64,000 nt of DNA from Lama glama (Eukaryota). The stretch spans positions 8,122,001-8,186,000 of the forward strand of contig CM052817.1 in the NCBI GenBank assembly GCA_028534125.1, given 5' to 3'. The position numbers and the translations under genes are program-made. Shown here piece after piece: positions 1 to 14,479 of this stretch. Under the pieces are notes generated by a model that saw only the letters and a list, made by a program, of their open reading frames with translations, made no database searches and was not told the DNA's origin. Each line of letters opens with the position of its first letter. The first letter of the stretch is position 1.

Positions 1-320
1 AAAATTTTAATAAATCAACAGGAAAATTTCAGATTCAGATAAAAAAGATACTAAAACAGCCAATGGATAGGATGAAGAGTAAAAATACCTGAGCATTTTT
101 ATTCACCAATGAATGTGAGAAAATAGTGAATCAGTGAGTAGACTGATTTCAAAAACCATGGATCTCTGCTACCTTAACAAATCCGATAATCATCCATCAG
201 TTTTCTTTCATCTTTTGCCAATATTTCATAATTTTGAAGATACAGAGCTTAGGACTAAAGTTCCAGGCAAATATGGACTTGGAAAGAAAGATAAAATATG
301 GTTGAATAATATCACAAATT

Positions 321-1130
321 ATTAGGGAAATGAATATCAAAACCACAATGAGATATCACCTCACATCTGTTAGAATGGCTGATAGCAAAAAGACCAAAGA
401 TATCAAGTGTTGGTAAGGTTGTGAAGAAAATAAAACCCTCNNNNNNNNNNNNNNNNNNNNNNNNNNNNNNNNNNNNNNNNNNNNNNNNNNNNNNNNNNNN
501 NNNNNNNNNNNNNNNNNNNNNNNNNNNNNNNNNNNNNNNNNNNNNNNNNNNNNNNNNNNNNNNNNNNNNNNNNNNNNNNNNNNNNNNAGAAAAGATATAT
601 GCACCCCTATGTTCATCCCAGCATTATTTATGAAAGTCAAGATAATGGAAACAAACTAAGTTTCCATCAGTGGATGAACTGATAAAGAAGATGTGAGATA
701 TATATATTGCACATGGAGTATTACTTGGTCATGAAAAAGATGAAATCTCTCCATTTGTGCCAACACAGACGGACCTTGAGGGTATTCTGCTAAGTGAGGT
801 AAGTCAGGTGGAGAAAGACAAATACCATATGATTTCACTCATATGTAGAATGTAAGAAACAAACAAAATAAAATAAATGAACAAACCAAGCAAAAACAAA
901 CATGTAGATACAGAGAACAGAGTAGTGGTTACCAGACAGGAAGGTGCAGGGGGGTAGGGGGTAGGGTGAAATAGGTAAAGGGAATCAACTGTATGGTGAT
1001 ATGGTGAGGGATGGAAATTAAAATTTTGGTGGTGAGCATGCTGTAATGTATACAGAAGTCATAATATAATGTTGTAGACATGAAACTTGTATTAATGTTA
1101 TAAACCAACATCACCACAATAAAAAAAAAA
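321..1130 (+). mobile_element. LINE-1 3' end (ORF2 C-terminus + 3' UTR + poly(A)), interrupted by N gap 441-587
   Basis: Typical L1 text (aaaaccacaatgagatatcacctcac; gacggaccttgagggtattctgctaagtgaggtaagtcag), G-rich tract and A tail at 1121-1130. Confidence 0.9.
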
Positions 1131-1289
1131 CAGAAAATAAAAAAATGCTGAGTAAGGCAAAATAATAGCCATGTCCCCAGCTTTTACACTTGATATTGTT
1201 GTATTTCTGCTGAAAACCTTAGAAAAATATAGAAATGATCCCCAATATATTGGTTTATTAAACCTCCATGAGAACAAAAACAAATAAGC

Positions 1290-1720
1290 CCGTCTCCCTG
1301 AAATTTTCTTCTCCCTTGATTGTATGTATATGTACATGTATACATGTGTATGTGTGTACATGTGACCACCACCTAGATCAAGATATAAAAGAGTTCAGGA
1401 TCCAAGCAAGCCCCCTTGTGCCATCTGTCAGTCATTACCTCTTTAAAGGTAGCTACTATTTTGACCTCGAGCACTATAAATTAGTTTAACCTGTTTTTGA
1501 GCTTTATCTAAATAGACTCTGTACAATATGTACTCTTTGGTATCTGGCTCTGGTCACTAGATAGAATGTCTGTGAGATTCATCTGTGTTGTTATGTGTAG
1601 CAGTAGCTTGTACTTTTTCATTGCTGCATAATATCCCATTATACAGCTTAACCACAACTTAGTTATCTACTCTACTGCTGATGGACATAGAGATTGGACA
1701 TTTGGGGATGTTATAAATAG
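1290..1720 (-). mobile_element. Ancient L1M 3' fragment
   Basis: Antisense L1 3' text (gtgagattcatctgtgttg; ttatctactctactgctgatggacat). Confidence 0.65.
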
Positions 1721-2029
1721 TGCTCTTTAGCACACTTCATCCCTCCTCAAAGGAAATCCCAGTCCGCAAATAGCACTCTCCTCACACACACAAAAATTCT
1801 TCTGTCTACATTGTATAGTCTTGAAATGATGAGAGAATTTAATAACCATGGAGTGTTTTTTGAATATACCCTTTTAACATTTGTTGATTTGCTCTTGGAG
1901 TGTCTCACCTATTGTATCAGGTGATCGTCACTGAAACTTCAGAATTCACATAGTGTTTTGTTCAGCATTATAAAGATGTCTGTTCCACACAAACAGATTA
2001 TGCTCACTTTCAATCAAAACCTCCCTTTT

Positions 2030-4740
2030 TTTTTTTCATTGACAGAACAATGCTAAGTTTTATCTGAAAGAATAAACACAAGAGGAAAATTAAGGGAAGG
2101 GGCAAGAAATGAAAAGATCATCAACATACAACATAATTTTTCTGAAGGACACTAATTATAACTGCAACTATATCATGCAACACCTAGGAATTCATCTTAA
2201 AATAAATATGTGTACGGGAAAAATTACAAAACATTTAAGTAAATTGAATAAACACTAAATAAATGAAGAGCTATCTCATGCCCATGTATAGGAACACAAT
2301 ATTGTAAATATACCAGTTCTACCAAATGGCCTACAGCTGATTCAATTTCAATGAAATTTTTATGAAATTTGAAATGCATATAAAAGGAAAAGATTTAAAA
2401 TTCATATGGAAGGCAAAGATCCAAGAATAGCAAAGGTATTGTAGGAAAAGAAGAGCAAAGAACTTGCTTTACTAGATAGTAAGGCTTCTCATAAAGCTAA
2501 GATAAATTAGTTGGTTATATTCTCACTGAGGAAAACTAGAAAAGCTACACATAATATTTTTAATCTGTTTGATATTATCTGAAAAGTACTAAATTATGAC
2601 ATTAAGAGGAAGGAAGCTGAAAGATTAGACACCAGCATTCAGGACCACTGTCTCCAAAAGGCATCTGTGGAGTCAGGAGTTGAAGTGAGAGACAGGATAA
2701 GTAGAACTTTTAACAGTCTTACAGAGCTGGGGGAAAAAGAGGCAGACATTGGCGTTCAGGGCACATCATGAAGGAAGAACTTTCCTAAACCAGCCCCCAT
2801 TCTTTAGGTTAAGAAGTCCCTGAAAATCTACATCCTAGGATATACACCACTGGAAATAGATCACCTCCACAGAAATTTAAGCCAAGCTTTGTGTTACCTC
2901 AGTCCCTCATTGAACTAAGATGATCTGGGTTGCTGAATGAACTACCAGAAACAAAGCTATGTTCTCTCTGCAGGAATATCAAATTATCTCTACAATCTTT
3001 CATAATCAGTATCTAGCACTCTATCTATCAAAAACTTGGTATGTGAGGAGCAATATGTTGTGACTGAAAATCAAGAGATACTGTGAAAAATAGAAGTAAC
3101 CCACAGAGATCCAGATAATGGAGATATAAAGCATGGACATTAAGTAGCTGGTATGTATGAGGGTTTATATGACAAGATTGAGAATTTGGTCAGGGAAGTT
3201 GAAAATGTAAAGGAGAATCAAATGGAAATTAACAACCAAAAACATAATAATTGAAATTTATCCCAGTAAGTAAGTTTATTAGCAGGTTAGACACAGTTGA
3301 AGAGAGAAAGAATAAGTCAGAAGATAAGTCAGAAGATGTATCTGGATGGAAGGACACAAAGACAGAAAAAAATACAAAAATGACCATAAGAGACATACAG
3401 TATATGGTCAAAATATATCATTGGAGTTCCAGGAGATACGCTTTTTTTTTCCTGATTCATCACAAAGCTGACACTCTAGAGCAGTGAGAAAAGAACTCTC
3501 TTTTCAATAAATAGTCCTGGGCCAATTGGCTATTCATATAGAACCAAAATGAATCCTGAATCCTACCTTACGCCATATTCAAAAATCAATTCTGGGCATT
3601 TTGTAAAGCTACTTCTAAAAGTAAGAAAACTTTTGAAAGATAACATATCCCAGTGGGGCCTCCAAATAAATAAATAAATAATATCTAGGAAAATATTTTC
3701 ATGATCTTGGGGTAGGCAAAGATTTCTTACAAAAGAAATTAACCTTTAAGGGAAAAGTTGATTAAATGAGTTAAATTAAAATTTTAAAATTCTGCTCATC
3801 AAAAGGTATTTTTAAGAAAATGAACTATGAAAACCCCACAATGGAAGAAGATACTTTCAATTCATATAACTCACGAAGGACTTGTATCTAGAATTGAAAA
3901 GGTTTACTTAGTTCAATAAGAAACAGACACAAGTAACCCAATATAATATTGAACATGAGGCTTGAATAGCCATTTCACAAAATAGCCATTAATATTAAAA
4001 AAGTTCATAACTTCATTAATAATCAAGGAAATGCAAAGAAAAACCACAATGAGTTACCACTGCACCCTCACCAGAATGGCTATGAAATGACAAAAACTGA
4101 CATGGCCAAATGTTGGAGCCATTAAATGTTCCATGCACTGCTGGTTGGAGTATAAATTTCTGTAACCACTTCAGCAGCCTTTTTGGCATCATCTACTAAA
4201 GCTGGATATATATGCCAATAGCCCAACAATTTTATTTCCTAGTATCTATCCAGCCAAGATGCATCCAAGGACATGCCCAAGAATGTTCACAGCAGCATTA
4301 TTCATCATACTCCAAAACTAGGACAAATGTCCATCAACAATGGAACTGTGGTATATTCACACAGTGGGATATTATGCAGCAATGAAAATGAGTGAGTTGC
4401 TACATGGTACAATATGGAAGAATCTCATTAATATAATGTGGAATGAAAGAATCCAGACATGAATGAGTACATCCTCCATGATTCCATTTATATAAAGTTG
4501 GGGGAAAAAAAATGTGGTATTAGAAGTCAAAATAATGGTTTCCTTTGGGGAGGAGGAAGTTGGTCATGATGAAGAGCTTGGCTCAAGAGCAGCTTTTGAA
4601 GTACTGGTATCGCTCTATTTTTTTTTAACTTGTTTGGTGGTCACATGGGTTTTTCCACTTTCCTATAGTTCACTAAGGTATATTCTTAAAATTAGTGCCA
4701 TTTTCTTTATGCTATAATTAAATTAAAACTATAAATATAT
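2030..4740 (+). mobile_element. Degraded ancient L1M fragments (ORF2, ORF1-like and 3' pieces)
   Basis: L1-like A-rich text, e.g. aataaatagtcctgggccaattgg, aatgcaaagaaaaaccacaatgagttaccactgcac, ggtatattcacacagtgggatattatgcagcaatgaaaatg. Confidence 0.7.
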
Positions 4741-6139
4741 ACATGTGTAGTTGATAGTAAACACATAGCAAAATTAAATCTAGAGTAATATAAGCCAAAT
4801 TATTTATAGCCATTAATAGTAGCAAGATTAAAGAGAACCATCACTTTTCATGTTATATATTTGTGTATTTTATGAATTTTTTGTAGTGAGCATGAATTTG
4901 TTATAATCAGAAAAAAACATCAATAACAACAAAAGACTGAACAGTCACCTACAGTCTTTTTCACAGTGGGCAGACGAGAACCTTGCTGTGTGATAAGAAG
5001 ATTTCAATAACATAGGAAACATGTTAGTTTCACAATCATCTAAGAGCCTTTGTTGAAAAGAAAAACAAAAATCTTGTTTGTAACAGAACCCCAGGCTGGT
5101 GTGTGAGCTGCAATTTCCCAGCTGTCCACAGTTCTGCCTCATTGCTTAGGGATGTGCTTCATTGATTCCTAAAGCATAGCTCCAGACAAAACCAAAAATT
5201 TGTAAAGCAGGAGAGTTCTCAAATCACCTCTACAGCTGTGAAAACCAGACCTATCACAACTTACCAGTGAGTCTGGCATGGTTAAATAAGGTAATATGTA
5301 TGGAAGTGTTTTGAAAAACTAGAAATTATGGTATAAATGCAGAATATTACTTGAAACTTAATGTGGGAGCTTTGGGGAATTGAATTTCCCTAACCATCAA
5401 GAACCAATGCAGAGAACTCAGTGATTTTAAGGAAGCTCTGCATTTCCAGATTACATGGACTGGCAGTGGTACAAATGTTCTCTAATATCCTTTATATAAT
5501 ATATATATATGTATATATCCAATATAATACCCTTTACTTTGATCCCTTCTGAGCCCTTGTTTTGCACAGCTCTCCTCTGTAGCATCACTGCTTTACTTGT
5601 GATGGCCTTTAGCTGGGTCAGCATTATCTTAAGCTTAGGATGGCATTCCCCAAAAGTAAGTTCTTTGGGACACTTGTGCCACGAATTGCTATTCAAATAA
5701 AGTTTAGAAACAGCTATAGCTACCCCACTTTTGGAAAGTGACAATGTACTTGAGAAATATTGCAATAAATAATCTGTTGGGACTTTTTTAACCCCAAATT
5801 TCCCAAACTTATTTGACCCAAGTGATATTTTACTGACAGCATTTAGGACCAATGTTGTATAGAACATGATTTCAGAAACTCTACTTTAAAACTAAAAATA
5901 TCTGAGAGAGAAGGAAATCTTAAAAATAGTTAAGAAGCTGATTTTCAATATTTAAATCTGCATAATAGAAAGTTCATCTGCAAAAGATCTCAGTTTCTCT
6001 CTATATATGTGGAGAGTTCAATCAGACTATATACAAATGTTTTGATTCAGAATGTAAAGTTTTCTCAGTGCCTTTGTCATTATTACTAAAGTAAATTTGT
6101 AAGAACCTTAACAGCTACTCAAGCAGTGTTGAAAGCAAT

Positions 6140-6345
6140 AGCCTAGATTCAAATAGATCTGATTTTCAGTTGTAGTCATATTTGTGACCTTGAACAGTAA
6201 TTTAAATTCTATGAGTTTCAGTGTCCTCATCTATAAAGTAAAGATTATAGTAATATACTTTCTTCATAGGGTTATTATGAAGCTTATCAATAATATATAT
6301 CTGCACAATGCTCAGTACAACACTAAATCTATGTTAGAGCCTATT
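6140..6345 (+). mobile_element. MIR SINE
   Basis: MIR core (tgtgaccttgaacagt...agtttcagtgtcctcatctataaagtaaagattatagtaat). Confidence 0.75.
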
Positions 6346-6599
6346 ATTAAACTGTCTCATTTTTATATCAAAGAAACGCATTAAATCAATTTTGCCTATA
6401 AAGCAGTCACCACAGCAAGCTATACAGTTAAGCCAGTGATGTTAATATTTTTCAGATATCTTTTTTGGAAGGTGAATAAACAAAGACAGTAAGGATTCTG
6501 ACTAAATATAGTAAAATTAAAGTTTGGTGTGATACGTGAGAAACATTTTCCTTAAAAAAAATGAATTCAATAAAAAAAAACTTGATATAGACGCAGTAT

Positions 6600-6887
6600 G
6601 TGCAAAGCCATGGGTTAATACCACATACTATACTATGGTTAATTTTGAAAAACTGAGGTTTCCTGGAGAAGAAAAGATTCTAGCCCAAGATTGCAATATA
6701 GAAATCCTGCCCGAGTTTCCAGCCTGCTCATCTACCTTAAAAATTTCAGACGTGCCAGTCTCCCACAATCGTGTTAACCAGTTCTCTAAAGTCAATCTCT
6801 ATCAGTCTCTCTCTCTTCACTCATACACACACACACACATGCACGCACACTAATGATTGTGTTTCTCTGCAGAACCCTGACTAATAC
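6600..6887 (+). mobile_element. ERVL MLT2-type LTR 3' part with internal (CT)/(CA) microsatellite
   Basis: gaaatcctgcccgagtttccagcctgc; cccacaatcgtgttaaccagttc; terminal gtttctctgcagaaccctgactaatac. Confidence 0.75.
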
Positions 6888-7469
6888 TTGTCGTGAGGGA
6901 TACAAAGTAGAATTATGTCTCCATTGGATTAGTATTTAGTTACCTTTGCACACAAATGAATTCTCTTTTATTAAGTGTCCATTATGAACCAGGCACTGTA
7001 TGAGGAACTTAAACATATATGATCTAATTTCATCCTAATTATCTGACAAATTAAATAATAGTAGATTTTTTCTTTTTTTCTGATTTTAAATAATTATAAA
7101 TTACAATTTATAAATTGCTTTACAGAATATAAGACCCTGAAAAAGGAGGTAGAAATATAGGAGAGAAAAAAAAAACAGGAAGTAAGGAAATGTGGAAATG
7201 AAAAAAATAAGGAGGGAAAAAAAATATTCTGAAAATCTGTTGCCATTTACTCAGGAAACATTTTGAGTTATCTTGGGCTGAGCCTAAGTGGCTTTTTCCA
7301 AAGAAAGTTTAATTTTGATACAGTGGAATAAAGCACATCTTTCCCTAATTACTCAACACTCCACTACCCCATGGCATAAACATAAAAATTATTTAAGAAT
7401 ATATACTGGGAAAAGTATGGACTAAAATGAGAGTCATAAAGCATGAGTCATAAAACATCTAATTTCAGC

Positions 7470-7600
7470 TCTACTTAGTACTAGCTTGGAGGCCTTGGGT
7501 AAATCTCTTAGCCTCAGTTTTGTTACCCATAAAATGGAAATAAGAGTAACCACCTCACAAGAGTACTATGAAAAGCAAATTAAATGCCAGTGTTTTAAAG
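7470..7600 (+). mobile_element. MIR SINE
   Basis: gccttgggtaaatctcttagcctcagttttgttacccataaaatggaaataa core. Confidence 0.7.
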
Positions 7601-9461
7601 AATTCTGTAGCCTCTACAAGGAGGTACAAATACTTGTTTTTATTAATTAGAGCATCAATGTTCACTTGTTATACAGTCGACTTAATACAGCAGAGAGAGA
7701 CTTGAAGAGGCTAAATTTCTGCTTCTAGCAGTTTTGCAAGCTGTGTAAAGTCCTCCCAACACCAAACTAAAGACTTTCAAAAAATTACACTATTTTTAAA
7801 TGGAACTTTAAGAAATGAGCATTACAATCATTGGAATTAAAATCTTAAGTGAGTGGACTAGATAGTACATTTTGAAACAGTTCAGTAACTGGAAGACTGA
7901 TATAATGAAATTACCCAAATTGTAACACAAATATATCAAGATTTTTTTTAAATGAAAGAGAAATTAAGAAACGTGGAAAATAAGAAGTTGTAACAATGAG
8001 AATTGGAGAAAGAGGAGAGAGAAGATTTGGAAGAAGCGATATTCTACAAAGTTGCATCTGAGGATTTTCCAAAATTAATGAAAGGCATTAATTACAGTGC
8101 AGACTGAGAAAACACAATATAATAAGTGGAATAGTAGAAAGTGACACCTAGACTTATTGTGGTAATACTTCACAACCTGCCTAAGACCCAAAAAACTTTT
8201 TTTTCAAATTATATCATATATGTATTAATCACAGACTCAAATTAGTTTATTTTCTTGTAATCGGGAAAGTACAAAATAATGTGTTACAATGATACATTTA
8301 AGTGCTTCCTTTAGAGCATTTGGAGTTATTCTTGTGTTTTGTTTTCGTCTCTCTCTCTCTCTGTATCAGGCTAATTCATTACTTGCTGGAACTCGTACCA
8401 CAAAGCATTTTTGCCAACTATTTATGTTCTTGCCTTACTTGGGTAAAGTAAATCCCATACTTTCTCAGTGGGGTTAAGGTCAAGACTCGGAGGGGAGCCA
8501 CTCCTTTCTAATTAGTTCCCCAGACTCCTCTTTTTTTCCCCTTTTTAAATGGCCACAACAGTTTAGAAAAATGTTTGGAGTCATAATCCTCCTGATAAAT
8601 GAATCCCTGATGAAGCAGCTGGTTTCCAGAAGGGACTCCTTGCTGTGCTGCAATTATGTTGAACCTAAACTCCAGTGGTTCAGGTCACAGCTGAAGTACT
8701 TGAGGGGACCATACCTGTCTCTGAGCTCTACTGTATGATGCTAAGCTAAGAGACTCCAGCTTCTCCTCCCCAAAACCCTCACTCTAAATTCAATTTTCTT
8801 AGTCAATGAGAAAAATACTTGCTGATGGGAGTGTATGTGAAGGTCCTCTACTGGTGAACCAAAGTGGGGGAAGAGCCATTCTTGCAAAGAATAATGGCAA
8901 TTTAATACCATACTAGACATCTTGAAAATAATTTTCTATTTATAAAATGCACTTAAAGTCTGAGCTACTGAATAGGCATGTATTAACACTGACACCATAT
9001 TATCCGTCTGAGAATTTGCAGATTGAAGTCATCCTAAAGGGAAATATTTATAAAAACAAACTTATAGCTCAGACTAAGAAAATAATGTACAGGAAATTAC
9101 AAAAGGCTACATCTTAAATGTTGTAAACAATGGCACTTTAAAATACACACATACGAATGCACACACAATTTTTCACTTGAGCACACACTGAATGTATAGA
9201 TTCTAGCTATGTTTCCTTAATTCTAATAGATTTATTTTCCCTCTCTGATTCTTCTAGGATAATAAAAATGTTGTCCTCGTGTTCCATGTAAAATGCAGTT
9301 CTTTGCCATTTGATACTATCAATAATGTTATACCAAGTATGAAGCTGATGATAATGTGTTTTTGCCAAGAGACAATGTTAACTTTCCTGCTGGAAATGTC
9401 TCTAAAAAGAAACATAACTTGCAACATGACCACTATGATGCCAAAATAGTGCTATGATTTA

Positions 9462-10557
9462 TGTTAATGTTTTGCCTATGTTCTCTTATAGGAGTTCTGT
9501 GGTTTCAGGTCTTACATTTAGGTCTTTAATCCATTGTGAGTTTATTTTTGTGTATGGTGTGAGGGAATGTTCTAACTTCAGTGATTTACATGCTGCTGTA
9601 CAGTTTTCCCAGCACCACTTACTGAAGAGACTGTCATTTCTCCACTGTACATTCATGCCTCATTTGTCATAGATTAATTGACCATACCTGTGTTCAGTTT
9701 TTCTGGGCTTTGTATTCTGTTCCACTAATTTATGTATCTGTTTTGTGCTAGTACCATGCTGCTTTGATTCCTGTAGCTTTGTAGTAGAGTTTGAAGCCTG
9801 GGAGCATGATATCTCCAGCTTTGTTCTTTTTTCTCAAGATTGCTTTGCAACTGAGGTTTTCTGTGGTTCCATAAGAACCTTAGGATTATTCTAGTTCTAT
9901 CAAAATTTTTATGGGTATTTTGATAGGGATTGCTTTAAACCTATAGATTGCTTTGGGTAGCATGGCCATTTTAACAATATTAATTCTTCCAATCCAAGAG
10001 CATGAGGTATCTTTCCATTTGTTCATTTCAACTTCCTTCATCAGTATTTTATAGTTTTCAGAGCATAGGTCTTCCACTTCCTTGATTAAGTTTATTCTTA
10101 GGTATTTTATTCTTTTTGCTGTGATTTTAAATGGATTGTTTTAACTTTCTCTTTCTGGTAGTTCATTCTTAGTGTATAGAAAAGCAACAGATTTGTGTTT
10201 ATTAATCTTGTATCCTGCAACTTTGCTGAATTCATTCATTAATTCTAATAGTTTTGGCTGGAGAATTTAGGGTTTCCTATATAAAGTATCATGTCATCTA
10301 CAAATAGTGACAATTTGACTTCTTTTGCAATTTGTATGCCTTTTATTTATTTTTCTTGTCTGATTGCTGTGACTAGGACTTCCAATACTATGCTAAATGG
10401 AAGTGGTGAGACTAGGCATCCTTGTCTTTTTCTTGAATTTAGAGAAAGCACTTTCAGCTTTTCATCATTGAGTGTGACATTGACTGCATGTTTATCATAA
10501 ATGGCCTTTATTCTGTCAAGATGTGTTCCCTCTATGCCCACATTGATGAGAATTTTT
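9462..10557 (-). mobile_element. LINE-1 ORF2 (reverse transcriptase region) fragment, frameshifted
   Basis: Minus-strand ORFs MGIEGTHLDRIKAIYDK...RQGCLVSPLPFSIVLEVL..AIRQEK and ...[35 protein letters not shown] are recognisable L1 ORF2p segments. Confidence 0.93.
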
Positions 10558-10574
10558 AATCTCTTTATATCTTT

Positions 10575-13300
10575 ATTAATATTAAAAAGGAAAAGACAAA
10601 ACTTTCTCTGTAGATGATATGATCAACTACATATAAAAACCAAGGAAATCTTTTAATCAACTAATCATAGTAATAAAAGGAGTTCATTAAGGTTGCTGGA
10701 TACAAAATTAACATACAAAAAGTAATGATATTTCTAAACACAACCTAAATCAACTAGAAAGTACAAAGAAAAAAAAGACACCATTCACAAACACACACAA
10801 AAACTATATGGTAATGAGACACAAAGGATGTTCAATAATTTTGTCAAGAAAATTATAACACATCAATTGAAGAAATAAATGAAAATATAAACTATATTTA
10901 TAGATGAAAGACAGTATTTTTTTAAAAAGTTAATACTATAAAATAGCCCCAAATCTACATAAATACTACCCAATTTCAATGAATTTTGTAACAGGCTTTA
11001 ATGTGGTCTTTGACAAGACAATCCTAAATTTCTAAGTTATCTTGAAAAAGAGGAATAAGGCATGCAGATATTGTATAGGTAAGGACACTACTGGCATAGA
11101 ACAAAGAGCCCAGAAATAGACTCATCCATACATGGAAACATGGTATTTCAATCTTTTTTTTTTTTTCAGTGGAGGGAGGTAATTCAGTTATTTGTTCTTA
11201 GAGGGGGTACTGGGGATTGAACCCAGGACCTCATGCATGCTAAGCATGCACTCAACCACCTTGAGCTATACCCTCCCCCTAAACATGATATTTCAAATCA
11301 GCAAGGAAAGGATGAATTATTTAGTAAATGGTGCTTGGACTACTGGATATTCATTTGGAAAAAAAAAACAAATTTTCCATTTTACACTATAAATAAAAAT
11401 AATTTAGTTAGGAAAATCAGAACTTTTAATATTTTAGATAAAAATATAGAACATATGGCTTGAAGTATCAAAGGAGCTCTTAAGGGATAAAAACCAAACT
11501 ACCAAAAAATTTTAATGCTCACCTTAAGAAAAAACACTTTAATTCAATTAAAAAAACCCCACTGTAAACCAAGTTAAAAGGCAAGCTTGGGAAAACATAT
11601 AACATTCATATAACTAATAAAATTCAAACTATGAATTTAACTTAAAATGACTCTCCAATCTCGGTGCTCCTAAGCACATGGAAGAAACAAAAACAAATCA
11701 TCCCTGGAGAAAACACCCTTGCCCTTTATTGCAAAACATCCCCAGAATTAATTTTCCATGAAAAGTGGGCAGTTCAGAAAGGTAAATTGGAGCACAAGGA
11801 ATAAGGCACTGAAAATAACAGTCAGTCAGGTAAATTAATGGACAGCATAAATAGACCTAAGATGACTAATATAGTGGAATTATTAATATAGATTATGAAG
11901 TAAATATGTTTTCTATATTTAAAGAAATAAAAGGCAAGTCTGAAAACTTTAATATTTTTGCAAGGAAGAGAAATTTATTAAAAATAACATAGCAGACAGA
12001 AAAAAATCAAGTAATGTTTCTTAACATGAAAATTAAAAGAATTGAGAAAAGGATTTGTGAATTAGAAGATAGTCCAGGTGACAGTATTCAGAATGCAGCA
12101 CAGCAAGAAAAAAGATGAAAAATATGAAATAAACATGGAGAAACATATAGGATAAAGTTAAAAGGTTTATCAGATATCTAATCTGAGCTCCAAAACACAA
12201 AGGAAAAAACAGGACAGGTGCAATATTTTTAGTGATAAAAGGTGAAAGTTTTCCAAAAACTTACAAAGGACATTCATCCACTGATTCAAGAATTGCAACA
12301 AATCTCAAAAAAAAATTCATAAAAATAAATCCACATTCAGATACACCCTGTGAAAATGCAGAATTTCAAAACCAGAGTGTCTTAAAATTAAGTTATCATG
12401 AAAAGAGGGGCATATAGACCCTTGTCTTCTCAACAGCCATAGCAGAAGTCAAAAGACTTGTTAATGGGTTCTTCATTGTTCTACAAGAAAGTAACTACAG
12501 AAACCATGCTAGATTTCTATATACAGAAAAAAATATTGTACAAGGAAGGAGATAAATTATTCAAGCTAACAAAAAATGATTTACCACCATTAGGCCCACT
12601 CTAAAGAAAATTTTAAAGGATACACTTTAGGCAGGAAAAATTATTCCATATAGACTAATATATAAGAAGAGCAAAGATAGTGATAAATATGTAGTAAAAC
12701 AGAGAAACATTGACTTTATAAGATAATTAATAATAATAATAATATCCTATAGTGTTTAAAAGGGTAAAACTAAAATACATGACAATAATAGCAAGTAAGT
12801 CAAGCAAAGAAAGGCATAAATGGAGCAAAATGGTCTCAAGTCATGATGAAGTAGTGCTTATCTGAGGAATGTAAGGTAGGTTTGACACTGTAAAATTCAA
12901 CGATGTAATATACTACATTTAAAGATTAAGGATAAAATTTACGACCATCTCAGTAGACGGAAAAAGATTATAATTCAATAGACTCCAACGTCTTTCCATG
13001 ATTTTTTAAAAAATCATTTTAACAAACTAGAAACAGAAAGGAACTCCCTTCCTTTGCTAAAGAAATTTACAGAAAGCCACAGCAAATATTAGACTTTGTG
13101 TTGAAATATTGAGAGTTTCCATTTGGCTTCGGGAAGAGGATTCCTACTATCACTGATATTACTTACTGACGTGCTGACAATCCTAGCTAGCATCAGAGCT
13201 TATGAAAAATGAAGTCATTATAACAATCAGAAACGAAACAATGCTGTCATTATCTGACACTGATACCATCATGCAACTGAAAATCCAGAAGAATCACAGA
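10575..13300 (+). mobile_element. Degraded ancient L1M ORF2/ORF1 fragments (host to the SINE at 11152-11280)
   Basis: L1-like text (ggttgctggatacaaaattaacatacaaaa; agaacaaagagcccagaaatagactc; gaattagaagatagtccaggtgac). Confidence 0.7.
11152..11280 (-). mobile_element. Camelid tRNA-derived SINE (Vic-1-like) with 16-bp TSD
   Basis: Minus strand GGGGAGGGTATAGCTCAAGGTGGTTGAG...GGGTTCAATCCCCAG with A tail. Flanks are aaacatggtatttcaa (11136-11151) and aaacatgatatttcaa (11281-11296). Confidence 0.9.
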
Positions 13301-13620
13301 TAAGTTGTTATCTCCCAGAAACCACCTGCATTCCTTCTTGTTCGGCTCCCTCCACTCTAAAGCCAGCAACTGAGAATCTCCCTTGCACTGAGTCCTGAAT
13401 CCCTCTCATGCTTTGAAATTCTTGCTTTAGGAAGAGCCCTTTTAAGGATTCACCTGATTAGGTCTGGCCTACCCAGGATAATCTCCTGTTCTTTAAGTCA
13501 CTTGTGCCACGTATCCTACCCTAGTCCTAGGAGTGACTTTCCCATCATAGTCACATACAGGGTGTATCCATTAGGGGATAGGGTTCCTGGAGGGCATCTC
13601 AGGATTCTGCCTAATATACC
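13300..13620 (-). mobile_element. MaLR MLT1-type LTR fragment
   Basis: ttaaggattcacctgattaggtctggcctacccaggataatctcc is the reverse of the MLT1 internal motif. Confidence 0.65.
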
Positions 13621-14074
13621 ACTAACTTTCCCCAATTATTTAGCACTAAGCTAGAGTATTGAGTTTCTACTTTTAAATAGATCTATTCAAGCTCATTTGA
13701 TAGACTAGACCCTTTGCTAGGTGATGCACATTAATTCATGTAATTTCTTAACAACACTATCAAGTAGGTACTATTATAATCTCCATTTTGTAGATGAAAA
13801 TACTGAATTTTAGATTCATGATGTAACTTTTCTAGGGTTACCCAGATATAAATAATGGGGCAGAGTTTCAAACCAAGCCCAGTCCACCTTCGGAGTCCTT
13901 TTTAGCAGCTATGCTAAACTGTCTCCTTTTGCCAGTGTTCATATTTGTCATCTATCATGAAAGCATTTCTCTTATCCGTTAGCCAACTATGCAAACTGGA
14001 GTTATGAGTTTGCTCCATAACAAACACGTATTTTTCTTTCTCTTTTTTTCCTTTGTCAAAAGTTCTCTTTCAAG

Positions 14075-14213
14075 AGGGGAGGGTATAGCTCAAGTGGTAG
14101 AGCATGTGCTTAGCATACACAAGGTCCTGGGTTCAATCCCCAGGACCTCCTCTAAAAAATAAATAAGCCTAATTACCTATCCCTTCCAAAAAACAAAAAA
14201 GAAAAAAGAAAGA
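14075..14213 (+). mobile_element. Camelid tRNA-derived SINE (Vic-1-like) with perfect 15-bp TSD
   Basis: ggggagggtatagctcaagtggtagag...gggttcaatccccagg, A-rich tail; aaaagttctctttca at 14058-14072 and 14214-14228. Confidence 0.92.
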
Positions 14214-14479
14214 AAAAGTTCTCTTTCACAAACTTATCCTTGAGTTTGTGGATTTCCCTGCACATCTTTCCTGCTGGCTATTACATTTGAATAGCTGTAC
14301 CTTTCCAACACAGCCTTCCAACTGCAGTGACAGAATGTGGTCACTTTTGATAGCAAATTTGTGTTTTTTGTATTCCTATATAAAAAATCTCAAGATATAG
14401 AATACAAAAATTTTAATTTTTTGTTTAATTTCTAGTGCCCTCACTGAATTCATTTTATAACCCACTAATGAGTTATGAC

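Noticed and set aside
3311-3336. Short tandem duplications (ataagtcagaag x2; also atgagtcataaa-like at ~7430-7450)
   Set aside because: Only two units, inside or near degraded repeats; ordinary slippage, not an array or CRISPR.
14075-14150. tRNA-like sequences (also 11152-11280, 59285-59360) with A/B boxes
   Set aside because: They have A-rich tails and target-site duplications and lack a proper cloverleaf, so they are SINEs, not tRNA genes.
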